Source of the DNA: Yuukianura sp. NJ FZ-2021
Lineage: Eukaryota
Length of the DNA stretch: 64,000 nucleotides
Assembly: GCA_046563655.1 (NCBI GenBank)
Contig: CM102285.1
Location: 806,001-870,000 of the forward strand
Direction: 5' to 3'
Shown: positions 37,561-49,670 of the stretch, one piece after another
How the letters are laid out: each line of letters begins with the position of its first letter
How positions within the stretch are numbered: position 1 is the first letter of the stretch
Program-made: the position numbers and the translations under genes
The notes under the pieces: model-generated
Databases searched by the model: none
Told to the model about the DNA's origin: nothing
Seen by the model: the letters and a program-made list of their open reading frames with translations, nothing else

Positions 37561-39435
37561 ATGCGTTGCGATTTGGTTATCGTTTGTTGGTTCATTTTGC
37601 AAAAATTTTCCATCCCACAATTAACTAATATCCGAAAGTTCGAATTTTCCAAGCAGAGGACTTGTGAAACGTGGGTGGGTGTTGGACATAGGATTATCGA
37701 AAACCCGGATTTTCAAGCTCTTGAAAAAAACTTCGAAGTACTGCATACTCTTGTATTTTTTAGTTTAAACTTTTCAGAGTTCGGCGGGAATTTTCAATTT
37801 CAAAACTTCGAGTTTACTGACGACGACATCAACAGATCAATTTACTCTGGACCTCTTAAACTATCTGCCCAATGTCAATATGTTTTCATTGAAGACAGTG
37901 AGGTCAGTGACCTTGACCTCGTCACGAGAGCGGTCATTTCAAAAAAGTTGGTTCGACAACATCGTGACATTTTCTTCTATTTCGTGTCCAATACTCCAAA
38001 GTTTCCTTGGATAGAAGATAATGTTCGATTCAAGTTTTACGTTACGCAGAACGAAATTCACGACGCATTCGCAACTCTGAGTGGTCGTCGAATTCGGTTT
38101 GTCACAGTCAACGGCGTTCCGTGGATTCGGCATATCCATGGTAATAGAGCAACCGGATCGCAGTTTAACCTCATAGCCGATGCATCGGCACGCTTCAACT
38201 TTACATTTGAATTAGCGTATGCCCGAAATGGCGGTTTGGCAGGAGCCAAAAAAGATGGAAAATGGATCGGCGCAGTTGGAGACGTTTTTTACGGTTATGC
38301 AGACGTTACACTTGGAGCTGGAATCACTTCTGTCAGAAACACAGTAGTTCAAGGCGGGAAATCTCTTGCTGTCGTTTCGCGCGTGTTTTTCGTCAAATCC
38401 GCCCAAATGGAGCGTAACAGTTGGAAGTCAATTTTCTCTGCATTTCAAGGTTCAGTATGGGCAGGAATTCTAGTAACATTTTTCGTATTGACCGCCATGC
38501 TTATTTCGATTCTGCGCTTTTTCGCGCTAAAAGCGCGTGTAGTGATTGTTACCGACTCGGCACGAGATTTGAAATTCTGTTTTCCCGCTGAAGTGCTCAT
38601 GTCTGTCTATGCCATTGTTTTTGAACAAGTTTCGTCTACAGTGTCCTGGGTTAACAGAAAATTCAGTTTTTTGATTCTCTTATGGATGGGATTTTGTTTA
38701 ATTCTTCGCGCTGGGTACAAATCTCGACTTGTTTATTTTTTAACTTTTAGCGCTCCAGGTCATGTGCCTCTGACTCACCTAGAACTCCTTCAAAGCAACT
38801 ACGACATATACTTTAGGTATTACGGAGGCGTCGCTTATCGGTATGCACTGACCTCTGGTGACCCTGTCCAGAAAGCGCTTGCGCAAAAGTCGCTTCTGAT
38901 CAACTCCTCTCAGGAGTGCATTCTCCAAGCGCTGATCAGCGATAATGCTGCTTGTTTAGACTGGGAGCCACATGGAACTTATTCAATCTATTCCAATGCC
39001 ACTGCGCATTCTTCTGCGCAAAGTCGAATAATCAAGTCACTAGATGGGGCAATGAGCAACGTTTTTGTTCCTTGGTGTTACCGGAAGTACTCCCCATTAG
39101 CAGATCTGTTTGATCCCCATATTGAGTGGTCGATAAGCGCAGGAATTTTTGACCAATGGGTACGCGAGGATTCCGGAGAACTAAAGAGACAAGGTGTAAG
39201 ATGGCTTCAATCAATGGAGTCTGCGCCGCTCAACACAAAAATTCTTGAAATTTTGAAACCAATTTCGACTGAATTACCGAAGTTGAATTTAGGTAGTTTT
39301 GTAGGAGTGTTTGTCATTGCTTGTGGATGTTTAGTGTTAAGTTTTTTGGCGTTACTAGTCGAATTTTTACGCCAAAAATTTATTAACTTAGAAATAATAC
39401 TAGTACACAATTGTGTGAAAGATGTTGTATTTTAG
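37561..39435 (+). CDS. Ionotropic-receptor-like protein, type B, intronless (624 aa)
   Basis: S1-like GKWIGAVGDVFYGYADV; AFQGSVW-M1; VFEQ; LRAGYKSRLVYFLT; SAGIFDQW; final TM. Confidence 0.85.
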   Translation: MRCDLVIVCWFILQKFSIPQLTNIRKFEFSKQRTCETWVGVGHRIIENPDFQALEKNFEVLHTLVFFSLNFSEFGGNFQFQNFEFTDDDINRSIYSGPLKLSAQCQYVFIEDSEVSDLDLVTRAVISKKLVRQHRDIFFYFVSNTPKFPWIEDNVRFKFYVTQNEIHDAFATLSGRRIRFVTVNGVPWIRHIHGNRATGSQFNLIADASARFNFTFELAYARNGGLAGAKKDGKWIGAVGDVFYGYADVTLGAGITSVRNTVVQGGKSLAVVSRVFFVKSAQMERNSWKSIFSAFQGSVWAGILVTFFVLTAMLISILRFFALKARVVIVTDSARDLKFCFPAEVLMSVYAIVFEQVSSTVSWVNRKFSFLILLWMGFCLILRAGYKSRLVYFLTFSAPGHVPLTHLELLQSNYDIYFRYYGGVAYRYALTSGDPVQKALAQKSLLINSSQECILQALISDNAACLDWEPHGTYSIYSNATAHSSAQSRIIKSLDGAMSNVFVPWCYRKYSPLADLFDPHIEWSISAGIFDQWVREDSGELKRQGVRWLQSMESAPLNTKILEILKPISTELPKLNLGSFVGVFVIACGCLVLSFLALLVEFLRQKFINLEIILVHNCVKDVVF

Positions 39436-39585
39436 TTTCAATAATAAAATTAATATAATATAATATTTTTTCTCTCTTTAAAATGGTAAACCTTTGCAAT
39501 TTAGAGTGGGATAAATTTAGAATTAAGCTTGTCATTGACATTAAAATAATCTTTTGGAGTATACACACAAAGCAGGTAAAAATAT

Positions 39586-41115
39586 TCAAAACGTAAATGT
39601 TGATAATACACGATTGTTTGTATACTCAGAACGGAATGTCTTATGATGATTTGTGTATACATCGGTAGAGATACATCTTCCGCCTTGGAAATGATATATT
39701 TCAGTTGGGATAGGGTCACAGTTCACGGAAAATGCGTAGTATATGAAATATACAAACCTTGGCCTGGTCTGGGCGTGGTGACTGTTTTTAATCAGCAACT
39801 TAAAGTATTTGTACATTTTGCCCCAGGGGAGCCTGTTCCTTTGGTGCTCTTGACAGCTGAAAACATATGTATCTCTCTCATCGTTGAACATATGCTTACA
39901 AAAGTTATAAAAAAAGTTAAAGCACAGTGTTTCATCACAAACTTTAATTAAGATTACGCCGTTTGGGATATAATGTCCGTTGGAAATTTTTGGATTTGTA
40001 CATATTGAGTTGTCTGTTAAGTCGTATATATCCACGAAAGCCGAAAAATACTTGTGCTCATAGCTCTCAATAAGCGTTTCAATTTGCCCGGTAAGCTCTT
40101 CTTCTTCAATGCTACGTGAAATCAGCGACCTAAAATTCTCTCTGAATTGGTCCTCTGCATGAATAATTGCTTGAACAGTTGCTGGCTTAAGACCATGGTC
40201 GTTATTCATAGTCTCGTTCAGATATTCATGCAGCAAATCCTTCGAAACATGTATATACTCAAAGAGTTGGACTGCACGCTTGAGTAAAGCTGTAGGCAAC
40301 TTCGGAATTTTATAGGTTTTGATTTCCGCACCATAATGACTTTTAAGAAACATTAAAGGGACAAGGACATACACAATTGGTTTTTCTAGTTCCGCTGTAC
40401 TTTCTAGGCACTGGAATTGTACATGTGCTTTGATAGTACGGCAAGCTCCGCTATAATTCTGTGGAACCCCGATTGCCGAGCTGAGATCACTATAAAAACT
40501 TAGTGATACCTTACGAGAGATTTCAGGGTCACACGGTTTCAGCCCAGACCATTTGTAGCGTCCCGCTTCCGCATCAAGATGGAGCAAGAAATACTTCAAA
40601 TTTTGCTCCATGACAGTTGTAGGTTGCTCTTCTTCATTTCGGCATTTAGCAGTTACGAAATGATTTGCTCCCCATTTTACTTCTGCTACGAAATGAGTTG
40701 CCTCACATTCTTCAAGAGCCTTAAATAGAATGGCTTTGCAAAAATCTTCATTGTCGAGGTTGACTTTTTCATGCTTAGTGATGACTTGGGAGATCATAGA
40801 ACAAGTGATGTCCAGCGCGTAAGACTCTGGATTTTGCAAATATTTTCCTGATCCTTCCAGCTCAACTGTTCCGCTAAGAATATGCATGCTTAAGTTATCA
40901 TTTACTCCCAATTGGTATAAACGGTCTGAAATTTTGCTTGACCGGACTATATCATCAGATGCTGTTCGCTCGTAGGAAACAGTACGTACTCCATTGAGTA
41001 AATGATTTTCCGTAAAAATTATTTTGTCTTTGAAGGTATGCTGGCGACAGTCGTATAAATCTCCCAATTTAGCAACCGCTCCAAGTGCAGGGCGTGTAAG
41101 TATTTCCGATTCCAT
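39586..41115 (-). CDS. Stonustoxin/neoverrucotoxin-like (MACPF/CDC-type) protein, copy 1 (~509 aa)
   Basis: RPALGAVAKLGDLYDCR, VELEGSGKYL and ATHFVAEVKWGA match stonustoxin N-terminal motifs; no signal peptide; likely 5'UTR intron ~41125-41201. Confidence 0.8.
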   Translation of the reverse strand: MESEILTRPALGAVAKLGDLYDCRQHTFKDKIIFTENHLLNGVRTVSYERTASDDIVRSSKISDRLYQLGVNDNLSMHILSGTVELEGSGKYLQNPESYALDITCSMISQVITKHEKVNLDNEDFCKAILFKALEECEATHFVAEVKWGANHFVTAKCRNEEEQPTTVMEQNLKYFLLHLDAEAGRYKWSGLKPCDPEISRKVSLSFYSDLSSAIGVPQNYSGACRTIKAHVQFQCLESTAELEKPIVYVLVPLMFLKSHYGAEIKTYKIPKLPTALLKRAVQLFEYIHVSKDLLHEYLNETMNNDHGLKPATVQAIIHAEDQFRENFRSLISRSIEEEELTGQIETLIESYEHKYFSAFVDIYDLTDNSICTNPKISNGHYIPNGVILIKVCDETLCFNFFYNFCKHMFNDERDTYVFSCQEHQRNRLPWGKMYKYFKLLIKNSHHAQTRPRFVYFIYYAFSVNCDPIPTEIYHFQGGRCISTDVYTNHHKTFRSEYTNNRVLSTFTF

Positions 41116-43400
41116 TTTCAGTAATGCTAGAAAAAGAAACACTCTGTACTGTATATGTTAGTCAAATGATGCAAATTATTGATTCTAAAATATTGCCTTA
41201 CCTTTAGTAACCGTCGTTCCTGAAATCAAAATTGTTGTGTGCTGTGTGGTTGTTTCTGCTTCTATTTTTGATAGATTGGAGTTGTTTTGTTAGTTTCAGA
41301 GGAAGAGGACGAATGAATTGCAAAGTGCATACTCTATATAACACAATTGTATCAGGCCATACTCGACCATCCAATAGCCGACAACGCAAAAGGCGACATT
41401 ACAATCGGCCACAATTTTGAAAGCCTAGTATTCTAAAGGCGACCATCAATAACAGACAACGGCTAACGCTGACGAAATTAAATACGGGCTATACTATAAT
41501 CAGGATAGGATATTTTACCGTGTATTATGTAAGGTCCGTAAACAAAAACAAAACTTTTTGTTCTCCAATAACTCTGGTTTTCCACTATTTTGACAAAATT
41601 TGCAAACATGAAGCCGGTTGAGTTACGCGTCCATCTCTATTGGCAATTTTTCACTTTTTACCACCTTTCTTTTTATTTCTATGCAACTTACAATGTTCAT
41701 CGTTGGAGAACAAAAGTGGAAAAAATTGAACAAAATTGGTTCTACTTTGGTCCTACAAGTTGTTTGAAACAAGATTTTTGCAAATCCAGATTTATTGGGT
41801 AATCTGTTGTTGGGATTATAGTTCGCTTGAAACGAAACCTAAGGTTAGGTTAATTTGAATTACGACGTAGGTATTTGATTTGGTAAAAGCATAACTAGTT
41901 TTTAATTTTGTTGGGTTTAGGGTTGTCGGCTTTTGGATTCTCCACTATGTCCTGTAACCCACTATGACTTTACTTGATTACATCATAAGCACTAAACTTG
42001 AATGTATCAAAACACCAGAAACTCATCCTGAGTCATAGAACTTTTGTAGCAGTGACTAATGCAGAAGTTCTGTTGGGCATGACGCTACTATGCAATAAGC
42101 CACTTTCTTCGTCTTCATCCTCCAAAGGCACGTAGTCGATGGGATTGCAGTAAATAAAAAGTAGTTGAAACACTTTGTATTGCTTTAAAGTAATGAAGAA
42201 GAGTATTTTATGTTTCCATTTTCTTCTTATTTTTTAAATATTTTATTATGCTGTTCGTTGCTATTTCACTTGGGAAATCCTATTCTCGTTGTAAAACATA
42301 CAATTCCAGCGCTCATTTTCAAAATCTGCAATGTGTTGCTGCCGAGGTCCCATTGCATGTGGAAAATGAAAATTCTGTCTGATTCTCCTAATAAAATAGA
42401 TTAATTCTTCTTCTTTTTTTTTGGCGAAAAGGAAAGCCTTGGAACAGATGAAAGTGGAACTTTATTAAATTAAAGTAGATACCCCTGAAGTTGCTTTTTT
42501 TCTTAGCGGAAAGCCGTATAACGTAACTTTTTTGACACCAAAACTCCCATTTAAAGTAAAGATTTATTAAAAATTTGTGCAGAATCATGCTGTTTGACAT
42601 GATACCCTGGAATTGGGTCAAACAGCTACATTGCTACATTTAGGAACTGTGAACATTCATTTATTTTTCACTTTTGCAATTTTTTTAACCAAACTTAAAT
42701 TAAATATGCCGCACCCGACCCCGCGCCCCTTTTTTGCACGCGGGCGCACCCCTCTGCTACTCCAAACTTGTGAACAGCTTATTTGATACAGATAATAAAT
42801 GTGGAGGCAGTCTAACGGTATTTCGGTCGATTTTTGACATTTCAAAAATCGATCGGTTTTAACGTAGTTGCTTTACTTTACATAGAACCGAATTTTAAAA
42901 GGGTTGCTCTCGTATCACGTGTCTCTACGTTTAGACGTATCATTTCAACCTTCCAGTCATAAGTTAACTTTGCAGTTAAACGTGCGAGAGAAAGCTGACG
43001 TCAGCAAACGCACGTTCTACGTTCAAACCTATGATTTCAATTCCTGTAATAGCTGAAGATTTATTCCGAAAATTTATTAACTAGAAAAACAAAACACAAA
43101 ATTGGCTGAAAGATGTTTTTTTTATTTCGATAATAAAATTAACATAATATAGTAAATTTTTTCTCGCTTTGCCTCTGCAACATTACAACTCATTCTTAAA
43201 CATGGTTTGGACAGGACTTATTTTCCACTTGTACATAATGATATACAATGTTGTTGACGTAATGGTATAAACAGCAAACAGAAGTTAGCCTAGTATTTTC
43301 AAAATTGTGGGTGGAGTTACGATATTGCGTTGCACACTTTTGCGTGAACAACACTGTATCTACACATAAACACACTGATGTATATTGGTTTAAAATGTAG

Positions 43401-43849
43401 AGGAAAACGTGAAGAACCATATCCTCATGTTTCGTGCTTGAGAACAAAATGGCGGTAATTCTGATCTTGAATTTTACGTGGAAAAAGAAAAGAAATTTCA
43501 AATCGACAGGGGAATGTACGTTGAAAATTTGCACTACCTCGGTGAATACGGGTTCGGAAGAGTTGGCGGATATTTGCAGTCTGGAATTTTGGAATATTTG
43601 AATTCTCGATTTGAGCGGGAAGAAGGGCGCCTTTTTGCCGCCAGGTTAAATCAAAGACGTCAATCAACAAAACAACCAACAAAACTTGGACTCAATATAA
43701 ACATCCAGACGTTTTTCTTCTCGACTTTGCTCACAGCAGCTTGTTTTCTCTTTTTGTTCGAAATTCGTTCAAAAGTAGCCACTATTTTTCCTAATTTGTT
43801 TCAACGCTTTACCTTTGGAAAAAATTTGATTACAAATATACAACATTAA
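43401..43849 (+). pseudogene. Orphan exon 2 of a type A IR
   Basis: EKEKKFQIDRGMYVENLHYLGEYG...; frameshifted 5' part; no exon 1 upstream. Confidence 0.75.
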
Positions 43850-44799
43850 AACATTGAAATTTGCCAATACACAGTTCAACATGTGATTACCACCACATTT
43901 AAAATCAGGAGAACCAATAAAAGATCGAATTGAAACCCTGGAATCTAATTTCAATTCTTTCTACTCACCTCAAAGTTATCCTACTTTCCAAAAGCAATGT
44001 CAAAAGTAACATATTTTCAGGAAAATTTACAATTACGACCTAACAATTCACAAACTGAGCTTATTCCTAATCCCAATCTTCTTTCTAGTAAAAGCAAAAC
44101 CTGGTAAAGTTTTCACTTCAGTTTCATACTTCAAATGAAGGTGGGTAACCAAACAAACAAATTGTTTCTTATAAGTTTTTTTTTTTTGGTTTTCACATTA
44201 TTTACTAACTCAAACATTTGTAAACATACACCTGCCCAAATTGTTTATTCTACACCAGGTTATTCAGTAACTCGATGTTTTTAATTTTCTCAAATAATTT
44301 GCAAAACATGCGTCGCCGTGCCTTTCTATGGTAATGATTTGTATGTAATTGAATAAGAATTGGGGGAAAATTGAAGGAAAAATTGTTTGGAGGAAGATTT
44401 TTGCAAACCCCGAGTTACTGAATAACCTGGTGTAGCAAATGCAACTTGTTGTATTTCGGTTGTCAAGGCACCTTGCTTCAAATTTAAGGAAAATCAATAA
44501 TACAAAGTTTTATCGCTACTTACGTATACTACAATATATTTCATCTGTTAAGAATGGGTATGTTATATCAGTTAAACCAAAAATACAAAAATAAAATATA
44601 CATTGTATTTGCATCAAAGCATTACATAATTTATATAAAAGTAAATAAAAGCATTAAAATTCATACTACTTGTTGTAGGAATTCAAAATTTGTTGAAATT
44701 CAACCAATTACTAGAGCAGGTACAAGGTCAGTCCAAAGGTTAGACGGAATGAATATGATTGGCAATGCTAGTAGTATAAGTGGGAAATAAAAGTTTTAC

Positions 44800-45165
44800 A
44801 TTACGCAGAGAAAAATTCACGACGCAAGTGCAACTCTGAATGGTCGTCGAATTCGGTTTGTCACAGTGAATGGCGTTCGGTGGATTCGTCATATCCAGAA
44901 CATCAGAGCAACTGGATCGCAGTTTAATCTCATAATCGATGCATCGGCTCCGTTCAAGTTTTCATCTGAACTGGGCTATGTAGTGAATGGCGGTTTGGCA
45001 GTAGCCAAAACGGAAGGAAGATGGATCGGCGCAGTTTGAGACGTTTTAATCGTTCACGCAGGCGTTTCACTGGGAGCTGGAATCATTTCTGTTAGAAACA
45101 CAGTTGCTCAAGTCGAGAAATCTCTCGCTCTCGTTTTCTCACGCTTTTTACGTCAAATCCGCTGA
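44800..45165 (+). pseudogene. Type B IR fragment (S1 region)
   Basis: Aligns with 38040-38405; in-frame TGA near 45038. Confidence 0.75.
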
Positions 45166-45983
45166 AATTACACAAAAACAGTAAGCCATATACGTTTCCC
45201 GGTTACTGTATTAAGATGCAGCAAGAACATATCAAATTCCGCTTATCAGAAAACCTTTTCATGTAAAATAGAAATAATATAAGAATAAAATAATAATAAA
45301 GTATGAAATTCTACCAGTAAGTTTAGTAAGAGCCTTCAAGCTTGTTCGCTTGGCCTAAATTTTGTAAGGTTAAAAAGCAAATTTAAAATTAGGAATCTGA
45401 TTTCAATTCTTTCTTCTGACATCAATGCTAGTCTATTTTCCTAAACGATGTCAAGCATAATATTTTCAGCAAAATTTATAATTATTACTAGAGCTGCCAA
45501 ACATATACAATTAAATATAAGATATTTTAATATTGAAAAAACATATTTCGGGAAAAAAGAAAATTGCAATTATTTACGAAAATTCTAATTATTTGACAAC
45601 ATTTGAAAATATATCAAGTGGTTAACGTGATGTTTAGTTAATAACGTGAAAAAGTGAGTTAATAACGGAATTCAAGCTCAGACCTTTTTTAACGCAAATT
45701 TACCTGTTCCCCCACAAATACTGCCACATTTAGTAACTATTTAGGTTGAGGAAGTATTTCCGGGTTTTGATAGTAAATATTTAATAAATATTCCATTGGT
45801 TTTTAGCACATATTTTTGAAAGCTCCAATTATGGCCTAAAAATTAGCAGTGACTTTATTTCAAATCGCAATCTTCCTTCTATTAAAAGCAAATGCCCATC
45901 AAATTGTCAGTTCAGTTTCATTCTTCACGTTTACGAAGAATCAAGAGGTTACTAATCAAACTATTTCTAAAAAAAATAGCAAA

Positions 45984-47542
45984 ATGGTCATTTCCAACAT
46001 TCCTGTTTTCCTGATCCTGATCTTGAATTTACTAAATCTAGGCTTGGGAGATGTGGTGACTTAGTAAGTACAATTATTAATTCTATACTTATTAAGGTAC
46101 CGAGGGGATGCTATGGCTGCATTCTGCCTGTCCGTCTGTCTGTCATTTAACTGATATATGGACAGAGTTCGGTCGAAGTAAACTTGGCTCCCCCGCCTGT
46201 CCCCACCCGTTCAAATTTTCGCGGTACTTCAATTGTCCCCACCCATTGTCCCCACCTGGTGGGGACAAATGTCCCCACTTGGTGGGGACAAATGTGTACC
46301 CACCAGCCGTACACCGAGTCCCCCTAGCGGCTGAAGTGGAACTTGCGAATTCGAGCTGGCAACGTTGTAGCATTGCTCCATTGTACCCACCCAGGGCAGA
46401 TGTAATCAACAAAGCGAAACTCAATAAGTCAAACCTACAGACGTAATCAGTATTTCGTGCTTAACCAAACCTAACGCCGCGCCTTCGGCGCGGGAAAATA
46501 TAACAGGATTTGCCAAATCAAAAAGGAAATAACGTTGCCAGCTTGAATTCAGAGGTTACTGGATTGCCGCTAGGTGGACGTACTGCTTCTGGTTGTGGTG
46601 GGGACAAATGTATCCATCCGGTGGGGACACTGGGTGGGTACAATGGAGGCAGCGCGAAAATTTGAACGGGTGGGGACAGGCGGGGGAGCCAAGTTTACTT
46701 CAACCCAGAGTTCACATCTATTTTCACAAACATACGTTATATCTGCTATACTATATACTACTATGTTTTGTACATATAGAATCTAGTATATTTCTTTATC
46801 AAACCTAGTATATAATTAGTTTTAATTAATTTAAGTATGTAGTCCACATTTTTTGCTAAAGTTTTAATGTGTGACATGTATTTTTAGTGACGTGGAGTGC
46901 GGAGCACCCTGTGAGAAAAAATGTAAAGACAAAGGATTTGAGTTTGAAAAGTGTGGAAAAGGAGCAAAGTACAGTAGTAGCCCGAATGACCATAGATCCA
47001 TAGGAAGAGTACCCAACTACTGCACTTGTACTACTCCGCCATGCAAAAATGGAATGGAACGTTGTAAAAATGTCTTGAAATTGGAATGTGGTGGATGGGA
47101 AGCTTCAGTTTATTGTAATCCCAAATCAAATCAGTGTGAATGTACGTGCGACCCTGTCAAATGCAACAAGTATTGTGCTGACATGGGCAAAGAGTTTGGA
47201 GGGAAATGTGTAGACGATGTTTCCTACGGATTGAATTGTTTGTGTAACGAGCCGCCTGGAGGTCAGGGTGACTGTAATACGCTAAAGAAGCAATTAGAAG
47301 CACTCGTCTACTGTAAGCGAAATTATGAAGAGTACAAACACTGCCTTGATTATGGAGAGTTGGTTTGTGTTCCTCAACCAAAAGGAGTTAAGGGCAAACG
47401 AAATCCATGCAAATGTAATTGCTTCGCAATCGAATGTATGGAATATTGCAAGTCAAGCAATAAAATTGGAAAATGTAAGCCATTGGCTACAGAAAGAGCA
47501 AAAATGAAAAAATGGCAGGGAGAAACTTGTGAATGTACCTAA
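45984..47542 (+). CDS. Secreted 30-Cys protein with five tandem defensin-like modules, copy 1 (244 aa; exons 45984-46063, 46888-47542)
   Basis: Signal-peptide exon, phase-2 GTAAGT/TTTTAG intron, five 6-Cys blocks each ending CxC, Lys-rich. Confidence 0.8.
46171..46705. mobile_element. MITE, GG termini, 8-bp TSD CAGAGTTC
   Basis: GGTCGAAGTAAACTTGGCTCCCCCG / CGGGGGAGCCAAGTTTACTTCAACC; TSD at 46163-46170 and 46706-46713; intronic. Confidence 0.85.
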
Positions 47543-48006
47543 CTTCTTTGTTGTTAACGGAACATGTTTCATGTTAAAAATCAGCAGTAGTTTAGTAGAG
47601 ATTCAACAAAATTTACTTTATCTTATAAACCCTACCTAAAAATTGGCTTGAAACACTATCTATACAAAATTAAATCAATCTAACCTAAGCTAACCTAAAC
47701 CCGACATGTTACGATTTCCGGATTACGTCATATGAATGTTAAATCTCACTAACATTGTGTTGCAAAAAATAAAAATAAATTGGATCTTGGATTTCATCTT
47801 GGTTTGTAAGTAATTTTTGCGTCTAAGGTTTTGGAAAAGTTGCTCTTCATTTGGACTTTTTTATTTGTCGAACCGCAGGGTAGCAGAATTTCATAAATGT
47901 AAAATAATTCACTAAAAATTAATTTTAATCAAATCAAAAATTGAATGCAGTTTCTTCAAGGAAAAACTATCCACTTTTGTCTATCCACTTTTGTCGGCGA
48001 GTCAGG

Positions 48007-48458
48007 CTGCTTGTTTAGACTGGGAGCCACATGGAACGTATTCAATCTATTCCAATGCCACTGCGCATTCTTCTGCGCAGAGTCGAATAATCAAGTCATT
48101 GGTGCAATGAGCAACGTCTTTGTTCCTTGGTGCTATCGTAAATATTCTCCATTAACAGACTTGTTGATTCCCATGTTGAGTGGTTGATGAGTGCGGAAAT
48201 TTACGCGAGGATTCGGGGGAACTAAAAAGACAAGATGTACGATGGCTTCATTCAAAGCAGTCTGCGCCGCTAAATACAAAAATTCTGGAAATTTTGAAAC
48301 CAAGTTTGACGGCATTACCGAAGTTGAATTTACGTAGTTTTGCAGTAGTGTTTTTCATTGGGAACGGAGGTTTAGTGTTGAGTTTTAAGTTTTTACAAAA
48401 AAACTTTTTGATAGCTAGTTTACAACACAATTGTCTGAAATTTGATGTTTTATTTTAG
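48007..48458 (+). pseudogene. Type B IR 3' fragment
   Basis: Aligns with 38947-39435 with several indels. Confidence 0.75.
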
Positions 48459-48902
48459 TTTCCATAATGAAATTAATATAATACAAAAAGCTTAAACAAT
48501 TCATAATACCGTACAAAAACGAAGGAAATATCGGATTTGGATGAGTTTAAAATAAATAATTAATTTTAGCAAGGAAAGAAATTCGTTTTCGTATTATTTT
48601 GTAATTTTAAATTTGAAATTTGTTGAATTTCGCGCTAAATTCTTAATTTCTTCCATCCACTAAAAGTTCCGTCCATTTTGGGTGAATTTCTTCCACTGGA
48701 TATCCCGTGGAAGTGGCAATTAAGCCACTGTACGTTTAAGCATCCACCAACACTGAGCATAGTGCATTACCATTTTCTACTTTTTCTTTGAAATTTGATC
48801 TCACTTTGTCACCGCTTTTAGAAAATCTAAGTAATGAGGGAACTGAAAATGCATTTATCGGCTACATTCGCAGGAGTCTGTGCCGCTCTTTAAAAAATTC
48901 CT

Positions 48903-49358
48903 TGAAATTTTGAAACTAACGAGGGAACATTCGCAATCGGATGTCAACTCTTTGAATTTGAAAAATACAGTCATATTCTGTATGCCAAAATAAAATTTTC
49001 TGCAGTAGTTTCGGTTGCCAACGGCAAAAAAAGTACTCCTACTTGGAATCAAACCCTCAGCCCCACTCCAGAAAAAAGAGAACAAGTATATTTACGTCGA
49101 ATTATTCAACAGAAAACGTCCAGATTGTATAATATAATATCCTAAACACGTTTTCTGTTGAAAAATTCAAAGTAAAAAAATAAATATTTTCTCATTCCTC
49201 TGGAGTGGGGCCACGGGTTTGAGCCCATATTGGGGTAATTTTTTCTTGGCGTTGGAAACCGAAAAATTTTCCTTTGACATACAAAATATGACTGTACTTT
49301 TCAAATTCAAACCCTTGGCGGCCGGTTGGGAATGTCCCCTCGTTAGTTAGAATCTTCA
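48903..49358. mobile_element. MITE with long imperfect TIRs
   Basis: AACTAACGAGGGAACATTC...GAATGTCCCCTCGTTAGTT; inverted CCCCACTCCAGA/TCTGGAGTGGGG. Confidence 0.65.
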
Positions 49359-49670
49359 TGGTTGCTGATTTGGCCTAAATTTTGTAAGGTTAAATTGGAT
49401 TTAAAATTAGGAATCTAATTTCAATTCTTTCTTAATGACATCAAAGTTACTCTATTTTCCTAAATCATGTCAAGTATAGTATATTTTGAGCAAAATTTAC
49501 AATTTATCATAAACTATGAATTCACCAAGTGACCTAAACCCAATTCTTAATCCCAATGTTCCTTCTATTAAAAGTAAATGATCGTAAAATTATCACCTCA
49601 GTTTCGTTCTATACGTTTAAGGAAACTCAATGAGCTTTTAACCACACTATTTCTAAAAAGAATTATCAAA

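Noticed and set aside
46108-46808. GC-rich ORFs inside the defensin-like intron
   Set aside because: Products of the palindromic MITE arms; the same peptide appears on both strands
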